Below, piece after piece: positions 33,562 to 46,595 of a DNA stretch of 64,000 nucleotides. Origin of the DNA: Marsupella aquatica (Eukaryota; Plantae; Marchantiophyta). Both the position numbers and the translations under genes were made by a program. Where the stretch lies: NCBI GenBank assembly GCA_973895155.1, contig OZ316898.1, forward strand, positions 14,538,330 to 14,602,329. The letters run 5' to 3'. The notes beneath the pieces were generated by a model. It was not told the origin of the DNA and did not search any database. It saw only the letters and a list, made by a program, of their open reading frames with translations. Every line of letters starts with the position of its first letter. Position 1 is the stretch's first letter.

Positions 33562-36500
33562 ATGGATCAGGCAAATGAGGATGGACAGCTGGGGCAAAGA
33601 AATCAGAGACATACCAATGAAGTGCGACTCCCTTTGCATCACCCACTGAGGATTACACGTCATGACTCCAAGTTGTGGAATAGAGAGGTGCTTAGAGCAA
33701 GTCGGGGCAGAAATGCCCGGATGAGATGCCCCTGCATGCAATGTCGAGGATACCACTTGATGACCCTGAACCAAGTGCATTCTCATCTTCAAAGGCATGG
33801 AAGACATCCAATCCGCAGGGTGTGGAATGTGCCAGAGGAAGAGGATTCATCGGATGATGAATGGAGAGCAGATTTTGAAAATGTGAATACAGCAAGACAC
33901 TCTGCATTCTTTCATAACGTCACTGGTCATGCAGGCAACAATGCCGAAGATGAGTATGTTCCACAGGGAGGTCCCGAGACTTCTAATGAGGACGGGGCAG
34001 ATGTTCCTAGGATGGTTTCCGACATTTTTCAAGACCTGGATGCACTTTATGAAGATGCAGAGGCACAGGGGGACGAAGAACCAGACATGCATGGTGCAGA
34101 TCCATCGGACCAAGAAGAGTTTGACATTGGAGAAGGAGCTGGAGATGATGGTCAATTCTTGGGAACTGGGGCCTACTTGGAGGAAGCTACGTCCCCATTG
34201 TATGGTGGTGCAAATTGCTCCAAACTAGGGTTCATAGTGATGTTCCTCAATATATGTGGATGTCACCGTGTGCCCAACATATGTGTAACAGAGTTGTTGA
34301 TGTTCCTACAGAGGACAGTACTACCCGCTGGAAACATTGCTCCTAAGAACATGTATGAGGCAAAGAAGGTGATGAGCAAACTTGGTTTGAATTATGTGTC
34401 CATCCATGCATGCCCAGATGGCCATGTACTTTTCAGAAAAGAATATGCTGATTGCCTATCCTGCCCTATCTGCGGAAAGCACAGATATAAGAACGTGGGG
34501 AAGTCAACTCAACCTGCTAAGGTCCTACGGCATTTCCCTCTCATTCCAAGATTGCAGCGCCTCTATAGGTGTCCATCCATTTCTAAGATGATGACTTGGA
34601 CCTCTGATCAAAAGAGTACAGATGGTTTGCAACGTCACGTTGGAGATTCCAACCACTGGAAGTACATAGATGAGAAGTGGCCGGACTTTGCAGCAGAGAG
34701 CATAAATGTGAGGTTTGGTCTAAGCCTTGACGGTGCTAATCCTTTTGGAGACAAGAACAACGTGTATTCTTGCTGGCCAGTGACTTTGATAAATTATAAT
34801 CTCCCGCCTTGGATATCCACCAAGCGTTTTTTTGTGATCTTGTGTCTTATGATTCCCGGCCCAAACTCTGCTATAAGTGCAAACATAGATGTTTGGTTGG
34901 CCCCTGCGGTGGAGGAATGGGTTACTCTATGGACACATGGAGTTATGACAGTTGATGCACTTTGTGGACCTGGTAGACCGAGGACATTCAACCTACGTGC
35001 AATGTGTGTTAATTCAATAGCAGACTACCCTGGACATAGCATGATATCTGGGCAGGTAGGGAAGGGATATCTGGGTTGCACACGATGTGGCCCAGATGTT
35101 ACATCTGAACGGTCCGTTTCCTTGGGCAGTATCAAATTCCAGGGCCACAGGCGATATCTTCCTGCCGACCACCCTTTCAGGCACAGGCAATCCCACATAG
35201 CCCACTTCAACAACCAGAGGGAGCTTTGAGAGTCTCCTGTGTTGGTTAGTAGAGACCAACTTCTGCAGTGGGGACTGAACAAGGTGTCTTATGATGAATA
35301 TGGTGCTTGTAGAGACGTGCCAGATGACCCAGCAAAGACTCATGGCATCAAAAGGCAGACAATGATGGACACATCATTGGAGTATTGGAAGGTAACATTT
35401 GCATATTCACTTGTACTCAGTGAACCTCTTCAGATCCTATGCACAACAGTTTTTAGTTCTTGTGTCTGAACCTAATTGTGGCAATCATGCGTACTTCATG
35501 GGTGCAGGATTTTGAGCCAAGCAAACATAACATTGATGTTATGCACATTGAGAAGAATGTATGCGAAAGTCTTTTGAAGTTTCTATTGGGGGACAACGAT
35601 ACTGCAGCAGTAGGAAAGGACCTTCAGGAGAAGGGCATTCGTCCTCAACTTTGGCTGCAAGAATCCCAGAATAGGCCGGGTGTGGTTTTCAAGTACCAAG
35701 CTCCATATGTTTGCACCCAGAACGAGTGGAACACAATTTTGTCTAGGCTGAGTTCGTTCAGAGTACCCTCTGGGTACGCTGGAGCCTTTGCAAAGCATAT
35801 AAGGAAGAAGAAGTTGGGAAGCATGAAAACTCATGACTTCCATGTTATGATGCAAGACATTCTACCAGTATGTTTGAGGGGATTGATGCAAAAACCAGTT
35901 CGCAATGTCATTTTGAGACTGTGTCAGATCTTTCGTCGTATTTGTGTGAAGGTGTGGGACCCTACAACATTTCCTCAGTTAAAGGCAGATACTGTGCGTG
36001 TGCTTTGTGACTTGGAGATTTATTTCCCGCCAGCATTTTTTGATGTCATGACTCATTTGATCATCCATGCGGTTGAAGATCTGGGCCACTACGGCCCAGT
36101 GAGTACAAGGTGGATGTATCCAATGGAACGGTACATGAAGTTGCTAAAAGGCCATGTACATACTTATTACAGGCCTGAAGCAAGCATGGCTCTCGGTTAC
36201 ATTCAAGAAGAGACCTTGGGGTTCCTTACAGAGTACATGGCTGGTGTAGACAGTGTTAGGAGCAGGGTGTGGGATGCTGAGGAAGAAGAGGGGGTGGCTG
36301 GAGAGGTTCTTCAAGGCGCTTTTACTTCCTTGCAATTGTCTGCAGAAGTTCATGATGCAGCACACTTATATGTCTTACACAATACAGTCATGATGCAACC
36401 TTGGTGGCAGTGAGTACTCATGTTTCCGCACCCTCCTTGCATTCCTTCTTTATTCATATCCATTTTGGTAGGATATGTACATTGTATTGAGAAATTGTTC

Positions 36501-37274
36501 TCATTGTCATCATGCAGGGAATACAATGTGCAGAAGGCCGCCCAATTAGGGTTAAATCACCAGGCATTCCCTACTTTTCCTGAGTGGATCAGGACAACAA
36601 TTCGAGAGCATAGCAGGCAGAACCCAAACATGGATAGAGATATTCTCCTCTTGTCTGTGCCTCCCAGACGTATTGTACAGCGGTATAAACGGATGAAAGC
36701 ATATGGGAATCAGTACCGTGTGCATGATGATGAGGACAAGCATTTAGTGACATATAATTCGGGGGTAATATCTGTGTTTGAGCATATAGATGCTCAGAGC
36801 AACAGGGGCTGGATGGAGATGGGATATGTTGGGGAGTTGGCAGACATCTGGGCACTGAATTATGGGAACACATCACAACAAATCATCCTAATGAAAGGTT
36901 CATGGGTGAAGCCAGATTGGCATGGGCCAAGAGCGACCATGAAACGGGATATGGATGGCTTTCTAATGGTCAATTTTAACCAAAGACTGGCAGAATGGAT
37001 GGAGCCTTTTGTGTTCCCAAGTCAAGTGGAGCAAGTATTTTTTTTAGATGTGGAGGAGTCTCGTGGTTGGCGTGTAGTCTGCCATAGCTCACCTAGAGTT
37101 CGAAGGATGGAGGGTACTAAAATAGAGTTCAGTTTGGATGCACATGGGGCCTTTGAACAGCCGGCAGTAGACGTTGTACATCGGGGCCAGGGGACCAGGG
37201 AGTACATCCCCTTGACAGTGAGACAGACTTATGAGGGAGAGGTTGAAGCTGACATGGACGAAGATGATGAGTAG
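33562..37274 (+). pseudogene. CACTA Tnp2/TnpD transposase (exons about 33562-35391, 35508-36409, 36518-37274) with one premature stop
   Basis: RCPCMQC (transposase-associated domain). HACPDGH..F, LRHFPLIPRLQRLY, GLSLDGANPF, YNLPPW and DYPG (Transposase_21). DVMHIEKNV, FFDVMTHL and RWMYPMERYM (DUF4218), EPFVFPSQVEQVFF (DUF4216). In-frame TGA at 35227. Confidence 0.93.
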
Positions 37275-37454
37275 TTGGATTTGTTTTGTTGTGAGTAGGT
37301 GACTCTTTGAAGTGCAATGAGTAGCAAGTATGAGCAATAAATGGATGACTTGTTTGTGCAACCGCAGTAACTTGGTGAGTAGGATGCCAGACGAAAATGG
37401 CATGTGTGAGTATGAGAAGCAGGCTGTGAAACATCGAGCATGGGTTCGCCAATG

Positions 37455-40400
37455 TGCCGCTGGCTATGCTGGTGCCTTCAAGAAGCATATTACAAAGAAT
37501 AAACTTGGCAGTATGAAAACACATGACTACCATGTGTTGATGCAGCACATTCTGCCCCTATGCCTGAGAGGTCTCATGCAGAAACCAGTCCGTAATGTCA
37601 TTCTTCGACTGTGCAATGTATTTCGCCGTATATGTGTGAAAGTGTGGGATCCCCAAGGATTGGAGCAGTTGAAGCAGGATGCTGCTTATGTCCTCTGTGA
37701 CTTGGAGATATACTTCCCCCCTGCTTTCTTTGATGTTATGACTCATCTCCTAATCCATGTGGTAGAAGAGCTAGGGCAGTATGGGCCAGTCAGTACCAGA
37801 TGGATGTACCCTATGGAGCGATACATGAAGTTGTTGAAAGGTCATGTGAGAACATACTACAGGCCAGAGGCTTCCATGGCATTGGGGTACATTAAGGATG
37901 AGACGTTGGGATTCCTAACAGAGTACATGGCTGGGTCTGGTGAAGCTATGACAAGAGTTTGGAAATCTGGTGAAGATGATGGAGTGAGTGGCGAGGTTGT
38001 TGAAGGTGTGGGACGTGCTGTTCAGCTGCTTGTTGCGATTCGAGACAAGGCTCATTCATATGTGTTGGCAAACACAGAGCCTATGCAACCATGGTGGAGG
38101 TGAGTGATTGAATTGACTTGCCTTTGTTGTGATGCTTCTTGTCTGTTCCAAGGGTGATCTTAGGTTGTCATGTGTTGTTTAGACCTAACTATGTTTGTAC
38201 CTCATATTGCAGGGAATATGATATGCAAAAAGCTGCACACTCTGGGCAGCAGGATCCCTTCCCACAGTTCGAGCAGTGGATTCGGGTGACAATTCGAGAG
38301 CATAGTAGACATCACCCAGATATGGAGAAGGATTTGTATCTTCTATCTGTGCCACCACGATTGTCTATTCTGACCTACAAACGGATGAGAGCTTATGGAA
38401 ATTATGCTGGGAGAGAAAGTTATGCTCCAGTGAAAGAACAATTGGTAAGGCAGTGACATGCCTGATAGTAAGCCTCAAACTTATCATCTTGCTACCATTA
38501 TTACATTTTCATTGACAATCAACACTTGGTTTCATTCATATGTATGTTTGATGTGGACTGCAGAAGAAATTGACAGGTGAAGAACCATCAGCACAAGAAG
38601 TGAGAGAGGAGTTCATGAAACAAAGGAGTGAGGTGACAAGTGTGACTTCCAAACAGGTGATTATGTTGTAATTCTGTATGTTCTGTGACTATTTGGCCTT
38701 GAGCATCAGAAAGAAATGTAGTAGGAAGTAAGCAACCAGTTCTTGGGGACAGTTATCTGAGATATGTAAGCTGTGTTATGACAGGGAACTGTTACAACTC
38801 TCACAGAGATGTGTGAACGGTTTAAGTCATTAGAGTGTGGACTCCCTCGAGTGGAAAGTAAATTGGCTGATCGTTTGGATATTGTGGAGGCATCTGTAGC
38901 GAACCTTCTTGCATCAGTGGAATCTAATTTCAAGCTTGTGATTGAAAAATTGGGTGGTTCCCAACCAAACAATGAGGGCAACATTGTACAAAGTGTGCCC
39001 TTGTTAACAAAAAAGGGAATTGGCAAATCTGACACAGGTATGGAAATGACACCGGCCCATTGTTCATTGTGTCCTACGTTCAAATGTTAGAAGTAAGTTT
39101 TCATGAATTGAGTGAATGGTTTGAATGCAGGAAGAGTGGAGGCAGAGAAGGACCCTGTAATCAGTAAGCAGAAGGGCAAGAAGGTTGCTGAGACAGGTAA
39201 CCTGCTATGATCCAGTACATTACATTTGAAAAGTGCATGGAGTTTTATGAAGCTTAAGCCGGTTGGAGGTAATCTTTTCTGGAAGAACTGGTTGGATGAA
39301 CTGGGATCTGAAGTGACATCATGATTGATGTATCAGGTGATTCAAAGAGCAATAATGAAGAAGATGTGCCCAGTGCCTCAGTGACCATAGCCAAGGAGGT
39401 ATCAGGTAAGCTGATGCTTTAAATTCCTCTATATGAATGTTGAGCAACAATTCAGTGGTTAATAGATTCAACCTGAATATTGTGGTGTGTTTATTGATCA
39501 ACAGAAGCAGACATGGAGCATATGGCAATGGCAAAGAAGGGGAAGAAGGCTGTTCATAATGGTAAGGAGATAGTGACAACTTTGTGGTTGGTGACATGTA
39601 CATTTAGCACATGTGATGAGTGATTGACTTATGTTGGACATGACACTGAATTGTAGTTGATTCAGAGTTGACAGACTCTCAACCAAGTGGGAGTAGGGTG
39701 AAGCGACGTCGAAACTTGGGAGCAACATTGGATGCAAGTAAGATTGTAGATGCTTCAATTGAAGCAAGTACAATGTTGGCAGATACTGAGATGATGTCGC
39801 AGGGAAATCCTGCTACACAATCAGAAGTGTCAAATATGGATGCAGATTCTTTGAAGAAGAGTGTAGCCAATTCTCGATCACCAGCACAAAACACTCGTGC
39901 CAAAGTCATGACTCGCAACCAAGGTATGAATAATGTCATGTATAAGCCACCCAGGAAAGCCAAGAAAAACAGCCAGGGTAAGGTGGAGGTGATAGCCACA
40001 GCAGAGCCAGTCCATAATCTTCTATCATGGGAGGATGACTCGCAGGTATGTGTGGGTACAGGCATTTTGCGACCGGATCATGCAAAATTCCATGGCAAAG
40101 TGGTCCCAGATGACCATGTAGTAGTGTTGTTGACTACAATGATTGTATCTGATTGTAATTTGCCATTTCTGAATAGAGACGATGATCCACCTCAGGAAAT
40201 AATTGCAGATGCAGTAGGATCTCTTGTGCTCTGGCCATCAGAGTGTGTTAGTCTGCAGTGACTGAATGCAAGTGTAGATAGAATCATGTGAATTGTGTCA
40301 CATTTTGACATTGCCTTGGAAAGATCCAAGAAATATTTGTACCAATTTTTCCATTTGGTAAAGAGGATGAAGGAGACGTTGTGTGTGACATTGATATTTC

Positions 40401-41087
40401 TGAATTCTGTATGTATGAAACAAGTGATTGATGTCAAACTATGGCTCTATGGTGATTGTCTATGATACTTGAATCTATTTTATCATTTCAGTATTAGTGT
40501 GTATGGTATAGAGAAATACTTTGTGACCTTCTTTGTAGTCTATGAAGTTTGAATCTGTGAATTCATATTAGTGTACATGGTATAGAAGATGGCTTTATGA
40601 AACTATGTATTCTAATGTTAACATGATGCATGGTGAATTTATAGAGTGAGTTCATTCCAAGTACACAATAAAACATGAATGCAATATGTTATTTGTGCAC
40701 AAGAGTGGGTTCATTCCAAGTAGTATAGTGGGGTCTTCATCACTCATATCCAGTTGACATGAAAGACTTATACATACCCCACAAAGTATATTTAAAGACT
40801 ACCCTCCATAACCTTTTTAGTCGTTCCCAACGACTCATCATCGCAGCCCATAAAAGACTGAAAACGACTCACCAAAGCTACCCACACAAAGACTAAAATA
40901 GACTGAAAATCCAGTCTATTAAACAACTTATAAACCAGTTCTATAAAGGACTCAGTTGATTATAGTAACAAAACATACGACTCGCAGTCCTATAAAGGAC
41001 TAGAGTCCTTCCCAGTCGTTTCCAAGTCCTATACGGTACTGAATAGTCGTTTAATGGGGTCTAAATACCCCCCGGTTTCTACTAGTG
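37455..41087 (+). mobile_element. Nested, 5'-truncated and internally deleted CACTA of a related subfamily
   Basis: A diverged second copy of the Tnp2 C-terminus (37455-38400) is fused to TnpA C-terminal exons (38400-40261). It has its own subterminal GACT repeats and a 3' terminus reading CACTAGTAGAAACCGGGGGG on the minus strand, ending at 41087. Confidence 0.85.
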
Positions 41088-41133
41088 CCTGTTGGGTGAT
41101 GTGCAAGAGGCTATTTCGGATATGTAAGGGACT

Positions 41134-44100
41134 GTGCATAGTATGAGCTGTATGTGTATCTCGTTGTGTGCGTCTGTTCATTGTGTAGCTTCTGTAATGG
41201 ACTACTACATACATAACCTGTGTCGAATTTCATGTGGGTGTTGCAGTAACAAAAGTATCCCAACACTGTCGAAGCGGAGTCAGTGTAGACGGAAGACCTT
41301 CTGTAATCCTGACGGACCTAGGCGACGCAGTGAGAGGTTGACTTCAAAGACCCCTATTTCAATGGCTGAATCTCCTGATAAGAATGAGGTAGAGGATTGC
41401 ATGCCTGATGTTGGTGATACAGAATATGATCCTGACCAAGATCCGAATGCAAGTGCTAGCATGTCAGAGGATGATGACATGCCAAATCCTACCCCTCCAC
41501 CAAAGCCTGCTTGCAGTAAGGCAACTGGGGGAACTTCTATGAGATCTCGACCGACGCCCTCTGTATACTCAGCCCAAGCCCCAAGCAACAGCAATTGCAA
41601 TAACCCCCAATTTAATGCCCCCAACTATAACTGGCCGCAAGCACGACAGGGGGGCAATAACTATGGCGGGTCTATGGGTGTAGGCCCTTCTGCCAGCTAT
41701 ATGGGTCCAAGTTGGCCAAGTAAGTGTGAACATTTTAATTTGTTTCATGTGGACAAGTGTATTTTGAGCTCAAATTGGCTGATTGTGTTCCTCAATAGAT
41801 GTGGGTCTGAGTATGACAATTTGCCTGGTCTGATGTGAATGGCAGACCCAATGTGGGACCGTATGCAGCCCACAAATATGTATGAAGGAGGGTCAATGGG
41901 GCCATCGGGGCAATTCATGGGAGGTCCTCTCCCAATGGCGACAGGATGGCAAGGTTATGGTGGGTATGGTGGGAACCCAGCACCAGCACCAGCACCAGCA
42001 CCTTCAGTCCAACCGACACAGAGTCTGCGGAGGGGAGGAGGTATTTTCTACAGCAGTTCTAAGTAAAGTATTGAAATCAGGTAGTTCACAGAGACCATAT
42101 GATATTAATGGTGTTAATTGCGTTTCTCTTTTCAGATAACCCTATCACACCCCGCTCAGGCCATGGGAGAGCAACTCCTGGATTTGCAACACCAAGTAGT
42201 GCGTCAGGGAGCACTGGGAGAGGTGAGAATGTGAAGCTGGGTACTGTTGAAGTTGATGATGAAGGCCGGATCACAACGATGAGTGCTGGAAAGAATAGAT
42301 GGCACAATGACTTGCGAATGGAGTGTCTACGGTGGTTGGACATTAGCTGTACTAACTTTAATTGTCAACATCCATCTGACTGGGAACTGGTTTGCAAATA
42401 TATGCGAGACAAGTGGGAATATTTGGGGAATTCTGGGAAAGGGGTCAGTGCTGATTGTCTTGCAGAGTATGGACGAACTATCATGAAAACAGAGAGGCAT
42501 CGATTGCACAAAGCATGGATTGCTGATGGCAGTAAACCACATGCTGAAGCACCCCCAAGTGTTCATGTAGAACAATGGGCTCGACTGAGAGGGACATTCC
42601 TGTCTAGGGCAGGACAGGAGAAGTCTGCACAAATGATTGCTGCTAGAAATGCAGTGAAGAATCCTACGCTTATAGGGAGGGGAGGACATGCACCAGTAGT
42701 AGCCAAATTGGTTGGGTTCCCATGCCATACATATCTTTATTTACATTTCAATATTTGAGTGGACTGTATGTAGTTGTAGCAGCATGCTACGTTTAGGCAA
42801 GATTGACATTGAGAAACGTGTCTTGCAATGTTTATGTGCTCCAGAAAAAGCTTACTGGAGAGAAACCCACAAAAGAGGAGGTTGTGGCAGAAATCAAAAG
42901 GGTAAAGGTGATGAAGGCAGCATTGGATCTAAACAGGTAATTTAGGAGCATTATTGATGGACAATCTGTTATACAGTCCTTCTTCAGATGTACAGTACTG
43001 TCAGCCCTTATGCAATTGTAAAATTGCTGAGAAGAGCCGTTTGGTTGGTGTATGTTATATATAGCAGGGAGCAGTGTCTACCCTTACAGAGATATCAGAC
43101 CGGTTGAAGACTGTGGAGAACGCTTGGCCATCAGTAGAGACTGAGATGAAGAGTCAATTCAAGGACATAGCTAGTCTTCTTCAAAGCCAAGGATCAACCT
43201 TAAGGGAAGTACAAGCTGAACTACGTGAGTTGTGGGCGATGCACATTGCTGGCAGGGTTGAGCACCCAATTGCACATCCATATGAAGAGCCTGCAAATAT
43301 TGTGGAAGTTGTGCCTACAAAGAAGAGTGGTACGTGTCATCTGAAATCATGTTTAGTGTAGTGTGACTTTACCTAGGAATTTGAGGTTCATGGATGCAGG
43401 ATGGTTCAGGTTCAGGTTCTAGACCCTGAAGGTTTGTTACATTGTGTATCAGGTGATCAGATTGCAGTGGTTGCAGCAGATCCAAAGATCATCGAACCTA
43501 GTACAACTGTCATTGAGAGTAAGTAAATGTTGGTTTGAAGACTCTGTCTGGCCTGTTAATGTGGTTGAGTATCTATGCCATGTACGTTCAATTAGTGCAA
43601 ACTTGATGGTTTGTTGACAGCTTTAGTGCCTATATGCTTAGTTGTAAATGAAGGAATTTGTGGCTGCTATTGAGGTACAGAGCCAGCACAGGAGGAGGTG
43701 CGCATACCAAATCCAGTAGGCAGGAAGAGGAGACGAAACTTAGAGGCTACCAAATTTTCAGATTCACAGGAGAAGCAGAGTGATGACAATGATGTGATTT
43801 TCATAGACTCTCAGCCTCCCCCAGGTATTGGAGATGAGTTTTCTCAATCCCCACCACTGATGAACATGGGAAAGATGAGGACCAGAAACAATGGGAAGGA
43901 GACTTTGCCTTACAAGGCACCAAAGAAGAAGAGGAATAACACTTCTCCAAAAGGGACAGCAGTGAGCATTGTAGCACAGTCTTCTAGGCTAATGGCAACT
44001 GATAATTCTGGTGTTTGTGTTGGGCAAGGCATACTTCAAATTGAAGCAAGTACTTTCCATGGAAAGAAGGTACTTGCTGATCATGTTGTGCTGTTGTTGA

Positions 44101-44225
44101 CTGCTGTCAGTAAGCCCAAATATCTTCTACCCTTTCCAAACAAGGGAGATGATCCGCCACACATCCATCTTGTGGATGCTGTGGAATCATTTGTGATGTG
44201 GCCTGAGAAATTTGTAGAGTGTTAG
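41134..44225 (+). pseudogene. CACTA TnpA-like (Ptta/En/Spm, Transposase_24-like) multi-exon gene
   Basis: RHRLHK...PPSVHVEQWARL...QEKSAQMIAAR...IGRGGHAP, and C-terminal VGQG...FHGKKV...LPFP...DAVESFVMWP. In-frame TGA at 41836. The start and exon boundaries are approximate. Confidence 0.8.
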
Positions 44226-44379
44226 GTACCAAATACAATTTGAGACTCAAAATGTGAAGGATTGTTTCAATATATGACCACAATTTGGAGTACATGATGT
44301 TGGGTAATACTCTTTTTTTTATGGATTGCTCATATTTTGAGTTATTATCGTGCCATTGTTAGTTGGATTGGTGCTTTTG

Positions 44380-44690
44380 TGACATTAATGACTCAGTCTC
44401 GACTATGAATGACAGCATTGTCTACGGAAACTAGTGCGGTCAATTGAGTGTTATCAATCACTCACGGAAAACCCCATATGACTCGAACTAAGTCATTCTA
44501 AACACTTATGTTTGACTGATGTATGGTTCCAAATACTTGACCCTCTAGTCACTAAAATGACTAATGACACTAGTCAATAATATGACTAAGTTAATCCAAG
44601 TCACCACTTTTATGACTACTAGTTGCAAGAACGACGTCAGTGATTTTCAGTCATACATGACCGGTTTTAGTCATAGTTAGTCGTATTTTA
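44380..44690. repeat. CACTA 3' subterminal short repeats (ATGACT/AGTCAT) in both orientations
   Basis: Many atgact and agtcat motifs immediately inside the right TIR. Confidence 0.75.
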
Positions 44691-44725
44691 TGGTAAAAAA
44701 TAGGGGGTATTTCTACTAGTGTGAT

Positions 44726-45049
44726 ATTGAGTGTGTGAACCCAAGGAGCCCACAGACCTCTGCAGGAAATAGAGAGCACACCTTTGCTCCTCCAACAATA
44801 GTCAAGGGGAAGGCCACAAAAGCGATGAGTCTAAATTCACAAGCTTCTTCTCTAGCATCCATGGCTGGTGAAATGAAGGAGGGCAGAAAAAAAAGAGAAT
44901 TGCTACTGGATGCAAAGTTGGTCACAGAATCATTGTTACAAGAAAAAATTCAGATCACCAACCTAAAGAGAGCCAGGGACCTTGAGTGTATCACAGAGGA
45001 TGCATTCAAAGCACAAGTCATTAGGATCCTTAAACTAGAATCTGCCTAG
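44726..45049 (+). pseudogene. Harbinger Myb-like partner gene, 3' part
   Basis: In frame with 27593-27739 after excising the CACTA and one TGAT (...VGSGD|IECVNPRS...). The C-terminus is coiled-coil-like. Confidence 0.75.
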
Positions 45050-45356
45050 GCTAATTTGCATGAGATCACAGTGAATTGCAGTTCAATCAAGAGAATGCCA
45101 TAATTTTGTAGAATGTAGATTACTGTTGGCTACTCTACTATGCAATTGCTTTTAGGGTAACATTGCTTTGTCATTTAAAAAATAAACCATGCCCTCCACC
45201 AGGGAATTTCCAAGTGCCTCCATCATTTGTTCAAAGTAGTATGAAGGATTCAGTTTCTGGAATTGTATGTTGTCGATATAGTTCTCAAGTAAGCTAGAGA
45301 TTGCTGCTTGCTTTGAGGTGTAGAAACTGCAACTAGTATATACTAACTTTGTGTTG

Positions 45357-46595
45357 CTATGAAGTGGGCCTTCTGTATGCCTCAAATTCTGTTCTATAAT
45401 CACCAGCCCATCCTGCCTCATAGTTGTTAGTAATTTGTTCACCTTCTATCACTTCGTTGAAGTCATTGCGTTTTCTCTGTAAAAAGTTGGTTAGTAATGC
45501 AGCAGCTCAAAAGAGCTCCTTGAACTTGTACTTTCGCAGGTCATATCCTTTCATTAATCATCGCCATTTTTGTTTCAAGCCTCCAATTCCCCATTTGACT
45601 CTGATTCTGTAACGTGCATGCATTTTGTTCCAAGTACGCACAGTAGATGCATTCATGCCTAGAGCATCCTCTCTTAGACCAAACCTTCTCATTATAAATG
45701 AGTCAGCACCAATGTACCCAGGATCCCCCAACAGATACTCATGGTATTCATCTGTGTGCAAAAAGTAATTTCGCCAGTTCTGGAAAAGATCTGAATGTCT
45801 CAAAATGTTAATATCATGAAAGGATCCCGGATAGCCAGAATCCAAGTAAATGAAAAGCCCATTGTGGTCCACAACTACTGTGTTGTTCAGACAATACATT
45901 TTCTTGCATCCTTGGAACCATTCACTGTGGTTCTCATCATTCCAGGGACGTCGAATTTTAACCAATGTTCCATCAATTATGCCAATGCACCCGGGCCAAT
46001 CCGGGTTGTGAGCTGCCAATTCTAGCCGCTCCTGCACTGTTGGCCAGCGTATCTCATCATCAAGAGCCACATTAAGACATGATCCAACAAAATAAACATC
46101 ATCACACAAAGAGCTCCGAGACCAATTCCACTGGAATGAATCATGAACAACGGTATTGTCATGTTTCATATACAACACAAAGTTAAGGAGACATTCTTCA
46201 GGTGTGAGCTTATTTCGACGGCCCATGCCGTTGTGGACCTCCCCAGTTGACCTAGCATGGCCTGCAATTAGAGGCAGTACTCGTAAACATAGATCCGTCC
46301 ACTCTGGAATTGTGAAGTTTGTGAGCTCCTTGAACTGTCCTGGCAGATTTTTCATTGACTGTAAAACATCCTTCACACCTCTGTTTGGATCTGTATACAT
46401 CATGCCTGATGTCTCCAATTCATAAGAATTGAAGAAGGCCCGACTGTTGTGGACAGCAAAAGCAGCCTGGTAAATGAGCATGTACTCATCTTCTTCCTCA
46501 TTAAACATGTCATCATCGTCACTACGATTATCCACACTACTATCAATTGAATAATCACTGGTACCTGAAGAGCCATCAATGCTTTCGTTGTCCAT
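45357..46595 (-). pseudogene. PIF/Harbinger DDE transposase (HARBI1-like), inactivated
   Basis: IRWP, CIGIIDGTLVKIRRP, GYPGSFHDINIL, YLLGDPGY, and RIRVKWGIGGLKQKWR where the catalytic E appears as K. Two in-frame TGA codons precede the likely natural stop at 45357. Confidence 0.92.

Larger units (their letters stand above)
27740..44721 (+). mobile_element. CACTA (En/Spm) transposon, 16,982 bp, with two cargo genes and a nested truncated CACTA
   Basis: Perfect 31-bp TIRs CACTAGTAGAAATACCCCCTATTTTTTACCA (27740-27770, 44691-44721), flanked by TGAT on both sides. Carries Tnp2 and TnpA-like genes. Confidence 0.96.
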
